Assembly (NCBI GenBank): GCA_965261735.1
Contig: OZ253470.1
Coordinates: forward strand, 1,600,001-1,664,000
DNA length: 64,000 nucleotides
Origin: Alphaproteobacteria bacterium
Lineage (GTDB): Bacteria > Pseudomonadota > Alphaproteobacteria > SHVV01
Reading direction: 5' to 3'
The notes beneath the pieces were generated by a model that saw only the letters and a list, made by a program, of their open reading frames with translations, was not told the DNA's origin and did not search any database. Below are positions 20,180 to 31,228 of this stretch, piece by piece; the stretch's first letter is position 1; each line of letters starts with the position of its first letter. The translations under genes were made by a program, and so were the position numbers.

Positions 20180-21613
20180 GATCGTGTCCCGCGGAGTGGT
20201 GTAAGAGCGTTGCGCTCTACGCGGCTCCCGGCGGGTAGGGCCGGGACGTTCAGGCTGCCACGGTGGGCAGCGTGATGGGGACACCATCGCTCAGCGGAGC
20301 GATGGATTCCAGCGTCATGTATCTCCTTGAGACGGCCCACTCGTCGTTCTGCTCGAGAAGGATGGCGCCGACGAGCCGTGTGATGGCGGCTTCGTTGGGA
20401 AAGATACCGACGACGTTGGTGCGACGCTTGACCTCGGCATGGAGCCGTTCGATCGGGTTTGTGGAGTGCAATTTCTGGCGGTGCTCCCTGGGGAAGCTCA
20501 TGTAGGCGAGGACGTCGTGCTCGGCTTCGTCCATGAGAACTGCCAGCTTGGGCACCTTGGGCCTGAGCTGGTCGGCGACCTGGCGCCACTGGACCTTCGC
20601 GCTGTCGGCGTCCTCCTGGGCGAAGGCGGAGACGACGCGCCGGCCCTGGCGGCCGGCATGGGCCAGCAGGTTGCGGGCGAAGTGCACGCGGCAGCGCTGC
20701 CATGTGGCGCCGAGGATCCGGGTCGCGGCGGCCTTCAGGCCCTTGTGGTCGTCGGAGATCACCAGCTTCACGCCGCGCAGCCCGCGCCGGGCCAGCGAGC
20801 GCAGGAACTCGGTCCAGAAGGTCTCGGCCTCCGACGCGCCGATCGCCACGCCCAGGACCTCGCGGCGGCCTTGGTCGTTGACGGCCACAGCCACGGTCAC
20901 CGCGACCGAGACGATGCGTCCGGTCTGGCGCACCTTCACGTAGGTGGCGTCGAGCCACAGATAGGGCCAGTCGCCCTCCAGCGGTCGATCGAGGAAGCCG
21001 GTGACCTTATCGTCGATCTCGCCGCACAGCCTGGAGACCTGGCTCTTGGAGGCGCCCGACATCCCCATCGCCTGAACCAGATCGTCGACCGAGCGGGTCG
21101 ACACCCCCTGGATGTAGGCCTCCTGGATCACCGCAGCCAGCGCCTTCTCGGCCATCCGCCGCGGCTCCAGGAAGCCCGGGAAGTAGCTTCCCTTCCTCAG
21201 CTTCGGGATCTTCAGCTCGACCGTGCCGGCCCGCGTCTCCCAGGACCGGTCGCGGTAGCCGTTGCGATGGGTGATACGATCCGCCGAGCGCTCGCCGTGC
21301 CCGGCGCCGGTCAGGCCCTCAACCTCCAGTGCCATCAGCCGCTCGGCCGTGAAGCCGATCATCTCGCAAAGCAGATCGGCATCGGAGCTCTTCTCCAAAA
21401 GCGCGCGCAGGGTCATCATGTCCTGGGTCATCGTGGTTCTCCTTCGGGTCAGGTTGGTTTGCACTAGCCCAACCCTAAACCGGAACCGCGATGGCCTCCG
21501 CTGTGGATAGCCGGCTTGCCTACGCCAGACTCTCGGCGGTCGCTACGGCAAGCCGCCTACCCACAGCTACCAGAGGCTCCAACAACTCCTACACCACGTC
21601 CTGGGACACGACC
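20180..21613 (-). mobile_element. IS256-family element (transposase 20250-21431/21464)
   Basis: IR GATCGTGTCCC / GGGACACGACC; [37 protein letters not shown]; no TSD. Confidence 0.92.
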
Positions 21614-22412
21614 GCTTCGCGTTCCGCCGTGCCCGACGCAATGGTCACGCCGCCGCCGGCTGCCAGACCATGGCGGTTCTCCGTCAGCGCATGGCCCATG
21701 TAACACAGCTTGCTTTCCCGGCCATTACCCTTGCGATAAAGCCGGGCGTCCGGATCAGTGGTGCTTGCATGGGTCGCGTTCGAGCGTTTCTCGCCATGAA
21801 AATCCCGCGCGGCGTTGCGCCCCGATCCCCCGTCGCCATCGTCCTCACCTTTGGGACGAAAGCTCTTCATCGACGCCCAGGCCTCGATCAATGTTCCGTC
21901 TACCGAAAAATGATCCCGGCTCAATAGTCCCCCTACCTTGTGGTGCTGGATAACCCCCGCAAGCAGCTGCCCCGAAACCTCCGCCTCCAGAAGACGGTCC
22001 CGGTTGTGGCAGAACGCGCTGGCGTCCCACACGCCATCGTCCAGCCCAAGCCCCACAAACCAGCAAAACAGCATGTTGAAGTTTAGCTGCTCCATCAGCT
22101 GACGCTCCGAGCGGATCGAATAAAACGCCTGCAACAGTAACGCTCGAAGAAGCTTCTCCGGCGGGATCGATGGGCGACCCATGTGGGAATAAAGCGTCTC
22201 GAACTCCGAAGATAGAGACCCCAATACGTCGTTCACGATCTCACGGATCAGACGCAGCGGATGATCATCCGGAACACGCTCTTCCAAGTCTACGTAGCTG
22301 AATAAATTGCCACTGCTTTGATCTCGACCCCGCATGCCATCCTCCATCACTCGAAGGAATCACAGAATCATGTCACAACTGCAAAGGCGAGGACTTTTTC
22401 AGTAGCCTGCTA
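21614..22412 (-). mobile_element. IS5-family element (DUF772-type), 5' half; 3' half removed at the IS256
   Basis: MRGRDQSSGNLFSYVDLEERVPDDHPLR...SIRSERQL...FSVDGTLIEAWAS; end CTAGCAGGCTACTGAAAAAGTC; shares sequence with 63851-64000. Confidence 0.88.
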
Positions 22413-22650
22413 GATCAATTTGATGTTCGTTCCGGAGAACCGAGCCGTCGTTGGGAGGGCCGATGCAATAAATAGAAGGGACAACTGGCCGCGTCAGCAC
22501 GAATGGTTAGCCGCACATCTCAATGACCTGCATCGGGTTTTCGCGAACCGGGTCCGGGTACTCGATGCCGATGCTTGGCAGGACAACGACGACATAGAGG
22601 TGCTGCCGGAGCATCCAAAAGACCGGGGGAAAGAGAACGAGGCCGAGTGA
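22413..22650 (+). pseudogene. DUF4268-like C-terminal remnant
   Basis: NRRDNWPRQHEWLAAHLNDLHRVFANRVRVL pattern. Confidence 0.55.
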
Positions 22651-22874
22651 GTAAGGCATTCTTCTTTTGTCTCACTAGTCGGCCGCGCACCGCGAGGGCC
22701 GCATAACTCCCGGCAAGGTCGCGCACCGCGCGGCCCGCCTGGCGGCCGCCGGAAGGTGGTGTTGCAGGGGGAAACGGCCCCGGGCGCGGATCCGAGGCCA
22801 GCGGTTTCATTGAGCTTCGTCCGGGTGCATGGCGGAGGGTATCGTCCGCTGGCCTGATCCCGGGGGGCATTGCC

Positions 22875-23189
22875 ATGAAACAGTCGGCGGCCGGGTCTCG
22901 CGGCGAATGGCCGCTCAGACAGCGAGGGCGCAATTCGGGTGCGGTCCGGTTGTGCGGCCTGGACCCCGCAGCCGGGATGCTCATACTCGACTGCGAGCCG
23001 TGCGGCCGCCATGGCCGCTACCGGCTGAAGGCGCTGATCGAGGTTTATGGACCCCGGGCCGGGCTTCCCGACATACGCCGCGTCCTCGTATCCAGGGGCG
23101 AATGCCATGGCTCCACCGATCCGCCGCGGCCATGTCATGCGTGCTTCAAGGGTCTTCATGATGCCCGCAGGCCGAGCCCATCCTGTTGA
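22875..23189 (+). CDS. Small Cys-rich hypothetical protein (possible Zn-binding)
   Basis: CEPCGRHGRYRLKALIEVYGPRAGLPD...C...PCHAC; GGGGG RBS. Confidence 0.6.
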   Translation: MKQSAAGSRGEWPLRQRGRNSGAVRLCGLDPAAGMLILDCEPCGRHGRYRLKALIEVYGPRAGLPDIRRVLVSRGECHGSTDPPRPCHACFKGLHDARRPSPSC

Positions 23190-23507
23190 GACAGACGGAC
23201 TCTCCAGCCCCCGCCCGGCCGCCCGCACGGCGTTGGCGCCGACGCCGTCGGCCACGCGCCCGTGGCTCACGGTGGCGCCGCCGTGCGTTGCCACGGTCGC
23301 CAACGCCGTGCGGGCGGGCGGCGGGGGTCGATCCCGGCCTCAATGCCGCGTGCACCGCGAGCTCCGCAGACGCCCGGCGGCCGCATAACTCCTGCTGTTC
23401 CTGCTTGACCGGAATTGCCCTCTATCCCAACCGCCGGGTCTGGAAGAATCGCGCGTCCCGCGGCGGTGCCGCGTGCCCGCCCTCGCAATCGTCACAAGGA
23501 CACGGTC

Positions 23508-24362
23508 ATGATCGAAGTGATTCCCAACGGCAAGGCGCTAGGGGCCGAGATTCGCGGCGCGGATCTCTCCCGGGGGCTCGGCCCCGCGGACGTCCGCACG
23601 ATGCTGGACGCCTGGTCCCAACACCTCGTCCTGCTGTTCCGCGATCAGTTCATCTCCGACCCGGAACTGATCGGTTTAAGCCGCTCCTTCGGCGACCTGG
23701 ACCTCTGTCCGCCCAACGCGACGGGAAAACAGTACTCGGCGGAGCATCCGGAACTCATCATCGTTTCCAACGTCGTCGTCGACGGCGAGCCCCTGGGCAG
23801 CTTGGGCGACCGAGAGCTGCGCTGGCACACGGACATGTCCAACCACGCCGTGCCGCCCCAGGCCAGCATCCTGCATGCCCTGGAAGTGTCGTCGGAGGGC
23901 GGCGAGACCGAATTCTGCAACATGTACGCGGCCACGGCGGATTTGCCCGGGCGCTTGCGGGCGGCGGTCGAAGGCAAATGGGCACGTCAGGACGGCACGT
24001 ACGACAGCGCCGGCGCCCCTCAACGCGCGGTAGAGGTGGTGGGGGTGCGGACAGAGTCGCCGCACGCGCGGCATCCGCTGATGCGCAGGCATCCCGACAC
24101 GGCCCGGACGGTTCTCTATCTGGGGCGCCGTCCCAAGCAGTACGTGGTCGGCCTGGACCCGGAGGACAGCGAGGAACTGCTCGACGCGCTGTGGGCCCAT
24201 GCCACCCAACGGAAGTACGTGTGGACCCATGAGTGGCGGGTAGGCGACCTGATCGTCTGGGACAACCGCTGTGTCATGCACCGCCGGAATGCGTTTCCCG
24301 CGCACTCGCGCCGGACGATGCACCGAACTCAAGTGACCGGAAGCGCGATCGTCGCCGCCTGA
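23508..24362 (+). CDS. TauD/TfdA-family Fe(II)/2-oxoglutarate dioxygenase
   Basis: LGAEIRGADL, WHTDM (HxD), GGETEF, HPLMRRHPDT, WDNRCVMHRR. Confidence 0.92.
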   Translation: MIEVIPNGKALGAEIRGADLSRGLGPADVRTMLDAWSQHLVLLFRDQFISDPELIGLSRSFGDLDLCPPNATGKQYSAEHPELIIVSNVVVDGEPLGSLGDRELRWHTDMSNHAVPPQASILHALEVSSEGGETEFCNMYAATADLPGRLRAAVEGKWARQDGTYDSAGAPQRAVEVVGVRTESPHARHPLMRRHPDTARTVLYLGRRPKQYVVGLDPEDSEELLDALWAHATQRKYVWTHEWRVGDLIVWDNRCVMHRRNAFPAHSRRTMHRTQVTGSAIVAA

Positions 24363-24814
24363 GACGGCCGTCCCCGCGGCCCGCCGTGCAGATCTACAAC
24401 GCCAACCTGCCGCGTGGTTTCCAGCTCTCCGTCGACCCCGCCCCGTCCCGGCCGCCGCCTCCTGGGCCGGGGACGCCGTGGACACCCTGCCTCCCGGCCA
24501 GATCCTGATCCAATACGCCGCCCGCGCGGACTGGCACGGCATCTCCAACCCCAGTCCGACCGCCCAGGGCCAGGCGAGGCTCTTAATATCTCGATACCGC
24601 TGGCGAGATCTTCACGACCCGGGTCTGGGTCGACTCCACCCGGCACCCCCGCGGCGACACCCTCGATAACGGGCTGGGTGTACCCCAGGTCAGGCCGCGT
24701 TGCGGCCCCTCATTGCCTCGCGCAGATCAGAGAGGTAGGGCCTGAAGGAACTGGGGACAACGTATCGAACTTTCATCCGCCTTTACGGTTCAATCTGCCC
24801 AGCCCGCCGATGGG

Positions 24815-25501
24815 TCAGCCCGAGAGTCTCACGTTCTGCGGGAACATGTTGCGCCGGGCCTCGTCATCCATCTCCGCCTTGAACGCGTGGCGGTCCTTCA
24901 GGGCGATCGCCCGCTCGGCTGCGGGACGCGCACTGATGTGATCCACCAGCCGTTTGAGGTTAGGCATTTTGGGAAAGGCGTCCTCGCCCAGGACAACAGG
25001 CACCAAGCGAGCCCAGCCCCACACCGCCATGTCGACAATCGTGTACGTCTCGCCCAGCATGTAGGAATTCTCTCCGAGATGCCGGTCGAGAATTCCGTAA
25101 TGACGTTCCGCTTCGAAGTTGTAGCGATTGATGGCGTAGGGAAGTTTCTCCGGCGCGTGATTCTTGAAATGAACGGCCTGTCCCGAATAGGGACCCACGC
25201 CCGTGGCTACGAACATCAGCCAGGACAGTAGCCGCGCCCGCATTTCCGACGTGTCTTCCGGCAGGAATTTTCCCGTCTTCTCGGCCAGATACAGAAGGAT
25301 GGCGTTGCTGTCGAACACAGTAACGCCGTCATCGACGATAGCTGGCGCCTTCGCATTCGGGTTGATTGCAAGGTATTCTGGCTGGTGCTGATCGCCGAGC
25401 CGGGTGTCGAGCGGGACCGGCTCATAGGCCAAGCCCGACTCTTCGAGGAACAAGGCCACCTTCATCGGATTGGGAGCGGCGTTATAGTAGAATTTCAGCA
25501 T
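24815..25501 (-). CDS. Glutathione S-transferase (YfcG/Nu-class-like)
   Basis: APNPMKVALFLEE, INPNAKAPAI, FDSNAILLYLAEK, YTIVDMAVWGW. Confidence 0.92.
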   Translation of the reverse strand: MLKFYYNAAPNPMKVALFLEESGLAYEPVPLDTRLGDQHQPEYLAINPNAKAPAIVDDGVTVFDSNAILLYLAEKTGKFLPEDTSEMRARLLSWLMFVATGVGPYSGQAVHFKNHAPEKLPYAINRYNFEAERHYGILDRHLGENSYMLGETYTIVDMAVWGWARLVPVVLGEDAFPKMPNLKRLVDHISARPAAERAIALKDRHAFKAEMDDEARRNMFPQNVRLSG

Positions 25502-25635
25502 GTCTAACCTTTCATTTTTTCTGGCTCGTTTGAAAGAACCCGGCGGGTTTCTCCGGATGCATCTTGGATAATACAACCTACTGTCGGTGGGACATCGATG
25601 TCAGTGATTCCACCAAGGCATGTCGGAGGACTTGA

Positions 25636-25911
25636 ATGTCAGAAATTGAATACTCCTGCTCAGCCCGTTCAGCGTATGCCTATCTCGGCTCAGCGCGCTT
25701 CATGGAGATCGCCCGCGCGGCGGGACGATGCATCGTCCATAAGCCCGTCGATTTGGACAAGGTTCTAGAGGGTGTTGGATATGCACCCTTTGTGAAACGC
25801 AAACCCAATCAGCGCGCCTACTTCTTCGCGGACGCGATCGCGGCGGCGGGCGTCGAACCGCTCACGCCCGCCCAGCTCAAGCTGGGCTACGGCGCGGCGA
25901 TCGCAGATTGA
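25636..25911 (+). pseudogene. HCCA-isomerase/DsbA-like N-terminus fused to an unrelated tail
   Basis: IEYSCSARSAYAYLGSARF...HKPVDL; only 91 aa. Confidence 0.65.
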
Positions 25912-25913
25912 CC

Positions 25914-27062
25914 ATGACGCTCTCGACGCCGCCGTTCACGATCGGTATTGAAGAGGAATACTTCCTCGTCGATCCTGTCACGCGCGACTTGGCGACCGGG
26001 GTACAGCAAGCGGTCATCGAAGACTGCACGGACAGCCTCGACAGCGAAGTCGGCGGGATCGTCCCGGAGTTCCTACGTAGCCAGGTCGAGGTGGGAACGG
26101 CCGTCTGCCGATCCATGGCCGAAGCGCGCGAGAAGCTTTCCGCGCTTCGTCGCGCGGTCGCGGTAGCTGCCCGCAATAATGGCGTGGAACTGCTGGCCGC
26201 ATCGACCCACCCGATCGCAGACTGGAACAGGCAGGACCATACCGACAAGGAGCGTTACAACGTTCTGGCCGAGAACTTCCAGACGCTCGCGCAGCGCCTT
26301 CTCATCTGTGGAATGCATGTCCATGTCGGTGTCGAGGACAACGATCTGCGCATGGATCTGCTTGGCCAGATCACCTATTTCCTTCCGCATCTTCTGGCCC
26401 TGAGCACATCGTCGCCGTTCTGGCGGGGCCGAAACACCGGCCTGTTGTGTTACCGCCTGGCGGTGTTCGACGAACTGCCGCGCACCGGGCCGCCGGAGCG
26501 GTTCGAGAGCTGGGGCGAATACGAACGCCACGTCGGCATTCTTGTGAACGCGGCGCTGATCGAGGACGCCACAAGGATCTGGTGGGACATCAGGCCGCAT
26601 CCCATCTTTCCGACGCTGGAGATGCGGATTGCGGACATCGGAACGCGGATCGACGACACACTGACCGTCGCAGCCCTGTATGCGTGCGTGATCTCGGCGC
26701 TCCGGCGCCTTCGGCGCGGCAATCAACGCTGGCGGCAATACAGCAACATGCTGATTCGGGAGAACCGCTGGCTGGCCCAGCGCTACGGGTTCTCGCGCGG
26801 ATTGGTCGATTTCGGGATCGGCAGGGTCGTACCCTATGCGGACTTGTTGGAAGAGCTCATCGATCTGGTCCGCGAGGACGCCGAGGAGCTCGGTTGCATC
26901 GACGAAGTGCTGAACGCGCGCGAGATACTCGTGCGGGGAACCAGCGCGCACATGCAGGTGCAGGCCTACAACGAGGCGTTGTCACAGGGTGCGAGCGAGG
27001 CAGAAGCATTGCGCGGGGTCGTCGACCTTCTGCTCAAGGAGACCCTGAGGGGGCTCGAATAA
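25914..27062 (+). CDS. Carboxylate-amine ligase (YbdK/GCS2 glutamate-cysteine ligase family)
   Basis: FTIGIEEEYFLVD, SQVEVGT, ICGMHVHVG, SSPFWRG, WWDIRPH, TLEMRIAD. Confidence 0.93.
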   Translation: MTLSTPPFTIGIEEEYFLVDPVTRDLATGVQQAVIEDCTDSLDSEVGGIVPEFLRSQVEVGTAVCRSMAEAREKLSALRRAVAVAARNNGVELLAASTHPIADWNRQDHTDKERYNVLAENFQTLAQRLLICGMHVHVGVEDNDLRMDLLGQITYFLPHLLALSTSSPFWRGRNTGLLCYRLAVFDELPRTGPPERFESWGEYERHVGILVNAALIEDATRIWWDIRPHPIFPTLEMRIADIGTRIDDTLTVAALYACVISALRRLRRGNQRWRQYSNMLIRENRWLAQRYGFSRGLVDFGIGRVVPYADLLEELIDLVREDAEELGCIDEVLNAREILVRGTSAHMQVQAYNEALSQGASEAEALRGVVDLLLKETLRGLE

Positions 27063-27275
27063 ACCGCACGCTTGCCCGGCGGAGATCATGACCATCCATC
27101 CCGTGAGCACCCTCGTTAACAAGCCCACGAACGACGACCGCCGATGCGTCGAGCCCGTCGCCGCCTGAAGCCGGACGACGAGGCAGCTCACATGAGTTTG
27201 GTGAATCGCTGCCTGTCCGTGCTGATGTTGACCCTCCTTGCTGTGCCGCTGGCTCGGGCTGAACCACTGGCGCTA

Positions 27276-28424
27276 GTGGATTGATCGGAACGAAAGAGTC
27301 CGATTTGAGATTCCGTATTGTGCGGTGTCATGCGAGTCTGTGCTATGCGCACCGGCATCCATTTTACTGTCACGTCTGGCGACCGTCAGCGATTGCAAGC
27401 TATCGTCGCGGACCCGAAGAGCTCGCAGAAACATGTCTGGCGGGCGCGGATCATCCTGAAGAGCGACGAGGGGCTCGGGAACTCGTCGATCATGGCCGAG
27501 ACCGGCAAGTCCAAGACCTGTGTCTGGCGCTGGCAGGAGCGGTTCATGCACGAGGGTGTCAACGGCTTGCTTCGCGACAGGTCCCGTCCGCCTGGCAAAG
27601 CGCCGATCCCGCCGGAGCGCGTCGCCGAGATCGTCCGCCTGACCCAGCAAGCGCCGCCGCACGAGGCGACCCACTGGACGCTGCGCGCGATGGCGAAGGT
27701 TGCTGGCGTCGCGGCGTCGACGGTCCAAGCGATCTGGAAGGCCCATGGCCTCAGCCCGCACCGCTGGCGGCACTTCAAGCTCTCCAATGATCCCGCCTTC
27801 GCCGAGAAGCTCACAGATATCGTCGGCTTGTATGTCGATCCGCCGGCCCATGCCGTGGTGCTGTCGGTTGATGAGAAATCACAGATCCAGGCGCTCGACC
27901 GCACCCAACCCGGCTTGCCGATGAAGAAGGGCCGCGCCGGTACGATGACCTATGATTACAAACGGCATGGCACGACGACGCTGTTCGCCGCGCTCAACGT
28001 GCTGGACGGTACGGTCATCGCACAGAACATGCAGCGCCACCGCCATCAGGAGTTCATCCGCTTCCTCAACCGCATCGAGCGCGAGGTGCCGACGGACAAG
28101 GCCGTCCACGTCATCCTCGACAACTACGCCGCGCACAAGAAGGACAAGGTCCGCGCCTGGCTCGCCCGCCATCCACGCTGGACCTTCCACTTCACGCCAA
28201 CCTCGTGCTCGTGGCTCAATGCCGTCGAGGGCTTCTTCGCCAAACTAACGCGGCGCAGGCTCAAATACGGCGTCTTCCAATCCGTCGTCGACCTTCAGGC
28301 CGCCATCAACCGATTTGTCCGCGAATACAATGACGCAAACCCAAAACCCTTCATCTGGAAAGCCGACCCCGATCATATCATCGCCGCACGAAACAGAGGG
28401 TTCCAAACGTTGGAATCAATCCAC
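27276..28424 (+). mobile_element. IS630-family element (transposase 27345-28427)
   Basis: CTAGTGGATTGAT...ATCAATCCACTAG ends with TA duplication; VDEKSQIQAL, YKRHGTTTL, ILDNY, SWLNAVEGFF. Confidence 0.95.
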
Positions 28425-28607
28425 TAGGCCGGTTCTCAGCCGGCATCACCGAAGGCTGGCAAACGCGTGAATTCGAGGTGAGACCAGCTACCGGATCATG
28501 AAGCTGGACGGGCGGCGAGTGCTTGAGGGCGACAGCGTTTCTTCTGCCTCGAGCTTCTACCTCGAACGGGAAATCGATCTCGCGGCGACAAACAGGTGAC
28601 CCAGACC

Positions 28608-28805
28608 ATGCCCGACGCCAAGCCCAAGCGACACTCGGCATTTGTGCCAGCGAAGGACCGGCCCACAGTAGATGTTGTCGATTACGGCTACCAGCCGTCA
28701 AAAACCGAACTTTCAAAAGACTTGCGGTTTGAAGGGTCGTTGGAGAAAGCGGCCAAGGCTCTAGTGCAGCCCGTGAACGTCCGCCGGATCACGAGGCCGC
28801 GCTAG
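28608..28805 (+). CDS. Small hypothetical protein preceding an IS1595-type right end
   Basis: MPDAKPKRH...YQPSKTELSKDLRFEGSLEKAAKALVQPVNVRR; followed by CGTATATAAGCCCC (28826-28839). Confidence 0.5.
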   Translation: MPDAKPKRHSAFVPAKDRPTVDVVDYGYQPSKTELSKDLRFEGSLEKAAKALVQPVNVRRITRPR

Positions 28806-29027
28806 GTAGAAAGTTTCGTCACTTTCGTATATAAGCCCCTTTTGATAACATCTACGCCACTATGTTGTCGGTCGCAGCCCTCGCTGATGAAAATACAACC
28901 ATTGTGCAAATGGTCGCGTTCTCGGATCATTCTTGGCAACTCGAACGTAACTACCCAGGTCTGATTGGCCCGAGCGTTTGTATGTGAGGGATCGTGGGGG
29001 TCCGGGCTGGTAGCGGTGCCGGTGTTC

Positions 29028-30566
29028 TCAGAGGCGCAGTTGGGGGATTAGTTGCATCGGATCGGGATGCACCAGGGTCTGGAGGACGTTCCAGCCTTGC
29101 TTTCGGGCGGTGGCGATGACGGCACGCATTCTGGCGAAGTTGCAGGCACCCCTCTCGGAGCGGAAGCCACCGGAGATCTTCTGGCGCAGCTTGGCCATTC
29201 GGAGGTCACGTTCGGCCTCATTGTTCGTAAACGGCGTGCGCGGGTCGGTGAGGAATCGCAGGCATCCCTCCTTGTGCTTGCGGAGGCGGAGCGCGAGGTT
29301 ATGACCGATGCGGCGTTTCTTTCGTCCGCGCTTGCCGGTCCGGAGCGGCGGCTGCGCCTCGTGGAAGGCGATGGCGTGGTCGAGGATGCGGGCCCAGGCC
29401 CGCGAGATCCGGGCCACCAGGGAGGCGGGCGCGTCGCGGCCGTTCTCACGGGAGAAGCGGGTAGCCCTGTGTGCGCGCTCAAGGAGGCGGTGCATGCTCT
29501 TTGCCCAGTCTTCCTTCTCGATGTCGATCAGGGCCTGGAGTTCGCGCAGGTGATGGGCGTTGCAGGCGCCGTGGCGCACGCCCTTGAGGGTGAAGTAGGC
29601 GGCGTAATCGTCATGGATGAGGATGCCTTCGAGGTCCTTTTCGACATCGCCGCGTCCCGCGCCGATGCGCAGGACGGTCAGGAATGGGGTGCACAGCACG
29701 TGGAGCCAGCGGGTACGGGCGGCGATCCGCAGGCCGGTTTCGTCGAGGTGCTTGACCGGGACCGCTGTGCGGATCACGTCTGCGACATGGGCGAGGAAGG
29801 GCTCGAAGCGCCTGGCGGTTCGCCGGCCCATGGCGGTGATCGTGGCTGTGGAGATGGACACTGCGAAGAGGTCGCTCATGAGTTCGGCCAAGCGCTTCTC
29901 GGGAACGAACTGGGCGTACAGCAGGTAGCTCACCCAGGCGGTGATGCGTGGCCCGTACTGGACCGGGGCGGTCACGCCGTCCGCGAAGACGGCTCCTGTC
30001 ACGGTGGCGCAGGCGCCGCAGAGGCAGCGATGGGCGCGGTGTTCGGTGACCTCCAGGGGGCGTGGCTCGGGCACATCGAAGACCTGTCGACAGACGGGCG
30101 CGCGGTGACGGTCGGCGTCCGACAGCGGTGCGCCGCAGCCCGAACAGGCGGAGGGGTCATGATCCACAACATGGTCCGGGCTCTCGGTCCGCGCCAGCGT
30201 CGTTCCCTTGTGGCCCGGCTGGCCGCCGCTTGGCCTGCCGGACTTGCCGCGCTGGCTTCGGGTGCGCCTCTGGGTTCGGCTCTTCTTGCGCAGGCCGTCG
30301 CTGGCGGGCGGCTTGCTGCTGGTGGTGCTGTCAAGCGCCGCGCTCCGCTCGAGCTCGGCGATGCGGTCCCGCAGGGTCGCGTTCTCCCGCTCGAGCGCGG
30401 CATTCTCCCGGACGAGCGCCGTGGCCAGGCGCAACAGCCCCTGGCCCCATTCCCCGAAGGCCTTGACGACTGTGGTTGCGAAGGATGAGGGGTCAAGAAG
30501 ATCTTGCAGGCACGCGAAGGCCTCGTCATGGGCGGCGAGGTCCTCGTGCCAGCGCGACAGCGTCAC
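29028..30566 (-). CDS. tnpC: IS66 transposase TnpC
   Basis: Leucine zipper, STTSSKPPASD, GGQPGHKG, CSGC/CGAC zinc finger, HLDETG, IHDDY, CNAHHLREL, TNNEAERDLR. Confidence 0.95.
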   Translation of the reverse strand: MTLSRWHEDLAAHDEAFACLQDLLDPSSFATTVVKAFGEWGQGLLRLATALVRENAALERENATLRDRIAELERSAALDSTTSSKPPASDGLRKKSRTQRRTRSQRGKSGRPSGGQPGHKGTTLARTESPDHVVDHDPSACSGCGAPLSDADRHRAPVCRQVFDVPEPRPLEVTEHRAHRCLCGACATVTGAVFADGVTAPVQYGPRITAWVSYLLYAQFVPEKRLAELMSDLFAVSISTATITAMGRRTARRFEPFLAHVADVIRTAVPVKHLDETGLRIAARTRWLHVLCTPFLTVLRIGAGRGDVEKDLEGILIHDDYAAYFTLKGVRHGACNAHHLRELQALIDIEKEDWAKSMHRLLERAHRATRFSRENGRDAPASLVARISRAWARILDHAIAFHEAQPPLRTGKRGRKKRRIGHNLALRLRKHKEGCLRFLTDPRTPFTNNEAERDLRMAKLRQKISGGFRSERGACNFARMRAVIATARKQGWNVLQTLVHPDPMQLIPQLRL

Positions 30567-31228
30567 GGGTCCTCGGCATCGACGGCCATCATGGCGGCCA
30601 GCACCGCGAGGCGTTCGCCCGCCGGCAAGGCCTTGTAACGCCGGCCCCAGTTGGCCGCCTTACGCTTGATGCGCTGGCGGTCGGTGAAGTTCCGGCCTGC
30701 GTAGCTCGCCCAATGCACCCGGTCGGGCGCGAAGTTGAACCACACGACCTCGGTCCGCACCTGGGCCTGGGTCGTCACCTGCAGCGCCAGACTGCGCCAG
30801 CCCGCCAGCATCTCGTCATAGAGCGCCGAGGGATGGCCCGAGACCATCACCTGGCAGGGCAGATCCTTGAGCAGGTCCAGGAGCGCGACATGGTCGACCT
30901 CCTCGAAGTCGAAGCGATAGCGCCGTGCCGAACGGCGGGTCGCGTGCAGATAGGGGGGATCGCTGTAGACCAGCTCCGGGCCCAGAAACGGGAACGAGGC
31001 CAAAAAGGCATGGGCACAGCCATGCACCAACTCGACCGGGTAGTCACAGGCAAAGGCCTCGAGCGCCTGCGCATCGCGGTCGATGCCGATCGAGCGCACG
31101 CCCGTTGGCTTGCGCTTCATCAGCGCACCGCCCCCCAGGTGGCTCTCGATGTAAACGCTGTGCGGCGGCATCAGCGCAATCAGCGCCTGGCACAGACCGC
31201 TCGTCGCCTTCGACCCGAAATATCCCAC
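30563..31228 (-). CDS. Small Dam/D12-like DNA adenine methyltransferase
   Basis: YFGSK (motif X), YIESHLGGGA (motif I), GIDRD, YSDPPY (motif IV), VMVSG, RTEVVWFNF; GTG start with GGGAG RBS. Confidence 0.85.
   Translation of the reverse strand: MGYFGSKATSGLCQALIALMPPHSVYIESHLGGGALMKRKPTGVRSIGIDRDAQALEAFACDYPVELVHGCAHAFLASFPFLGPELVYSDPPYLHATRRSARRYRFDFEEVDHVALLDLLKDLPCQVMVSGHPSALYDEMLAGWRSLALQVTTQAQVRTEVVWFNFAPDRVHWASYAGRNFTDRQRIKRKAANWGRRYKALPAGERLAVLAAMMAVDAEDP

Noticed and set aside
24370-24800. Coding fragments after the dioxygenase
   Set aside because: Short GC-rich frames with no recognisable motif
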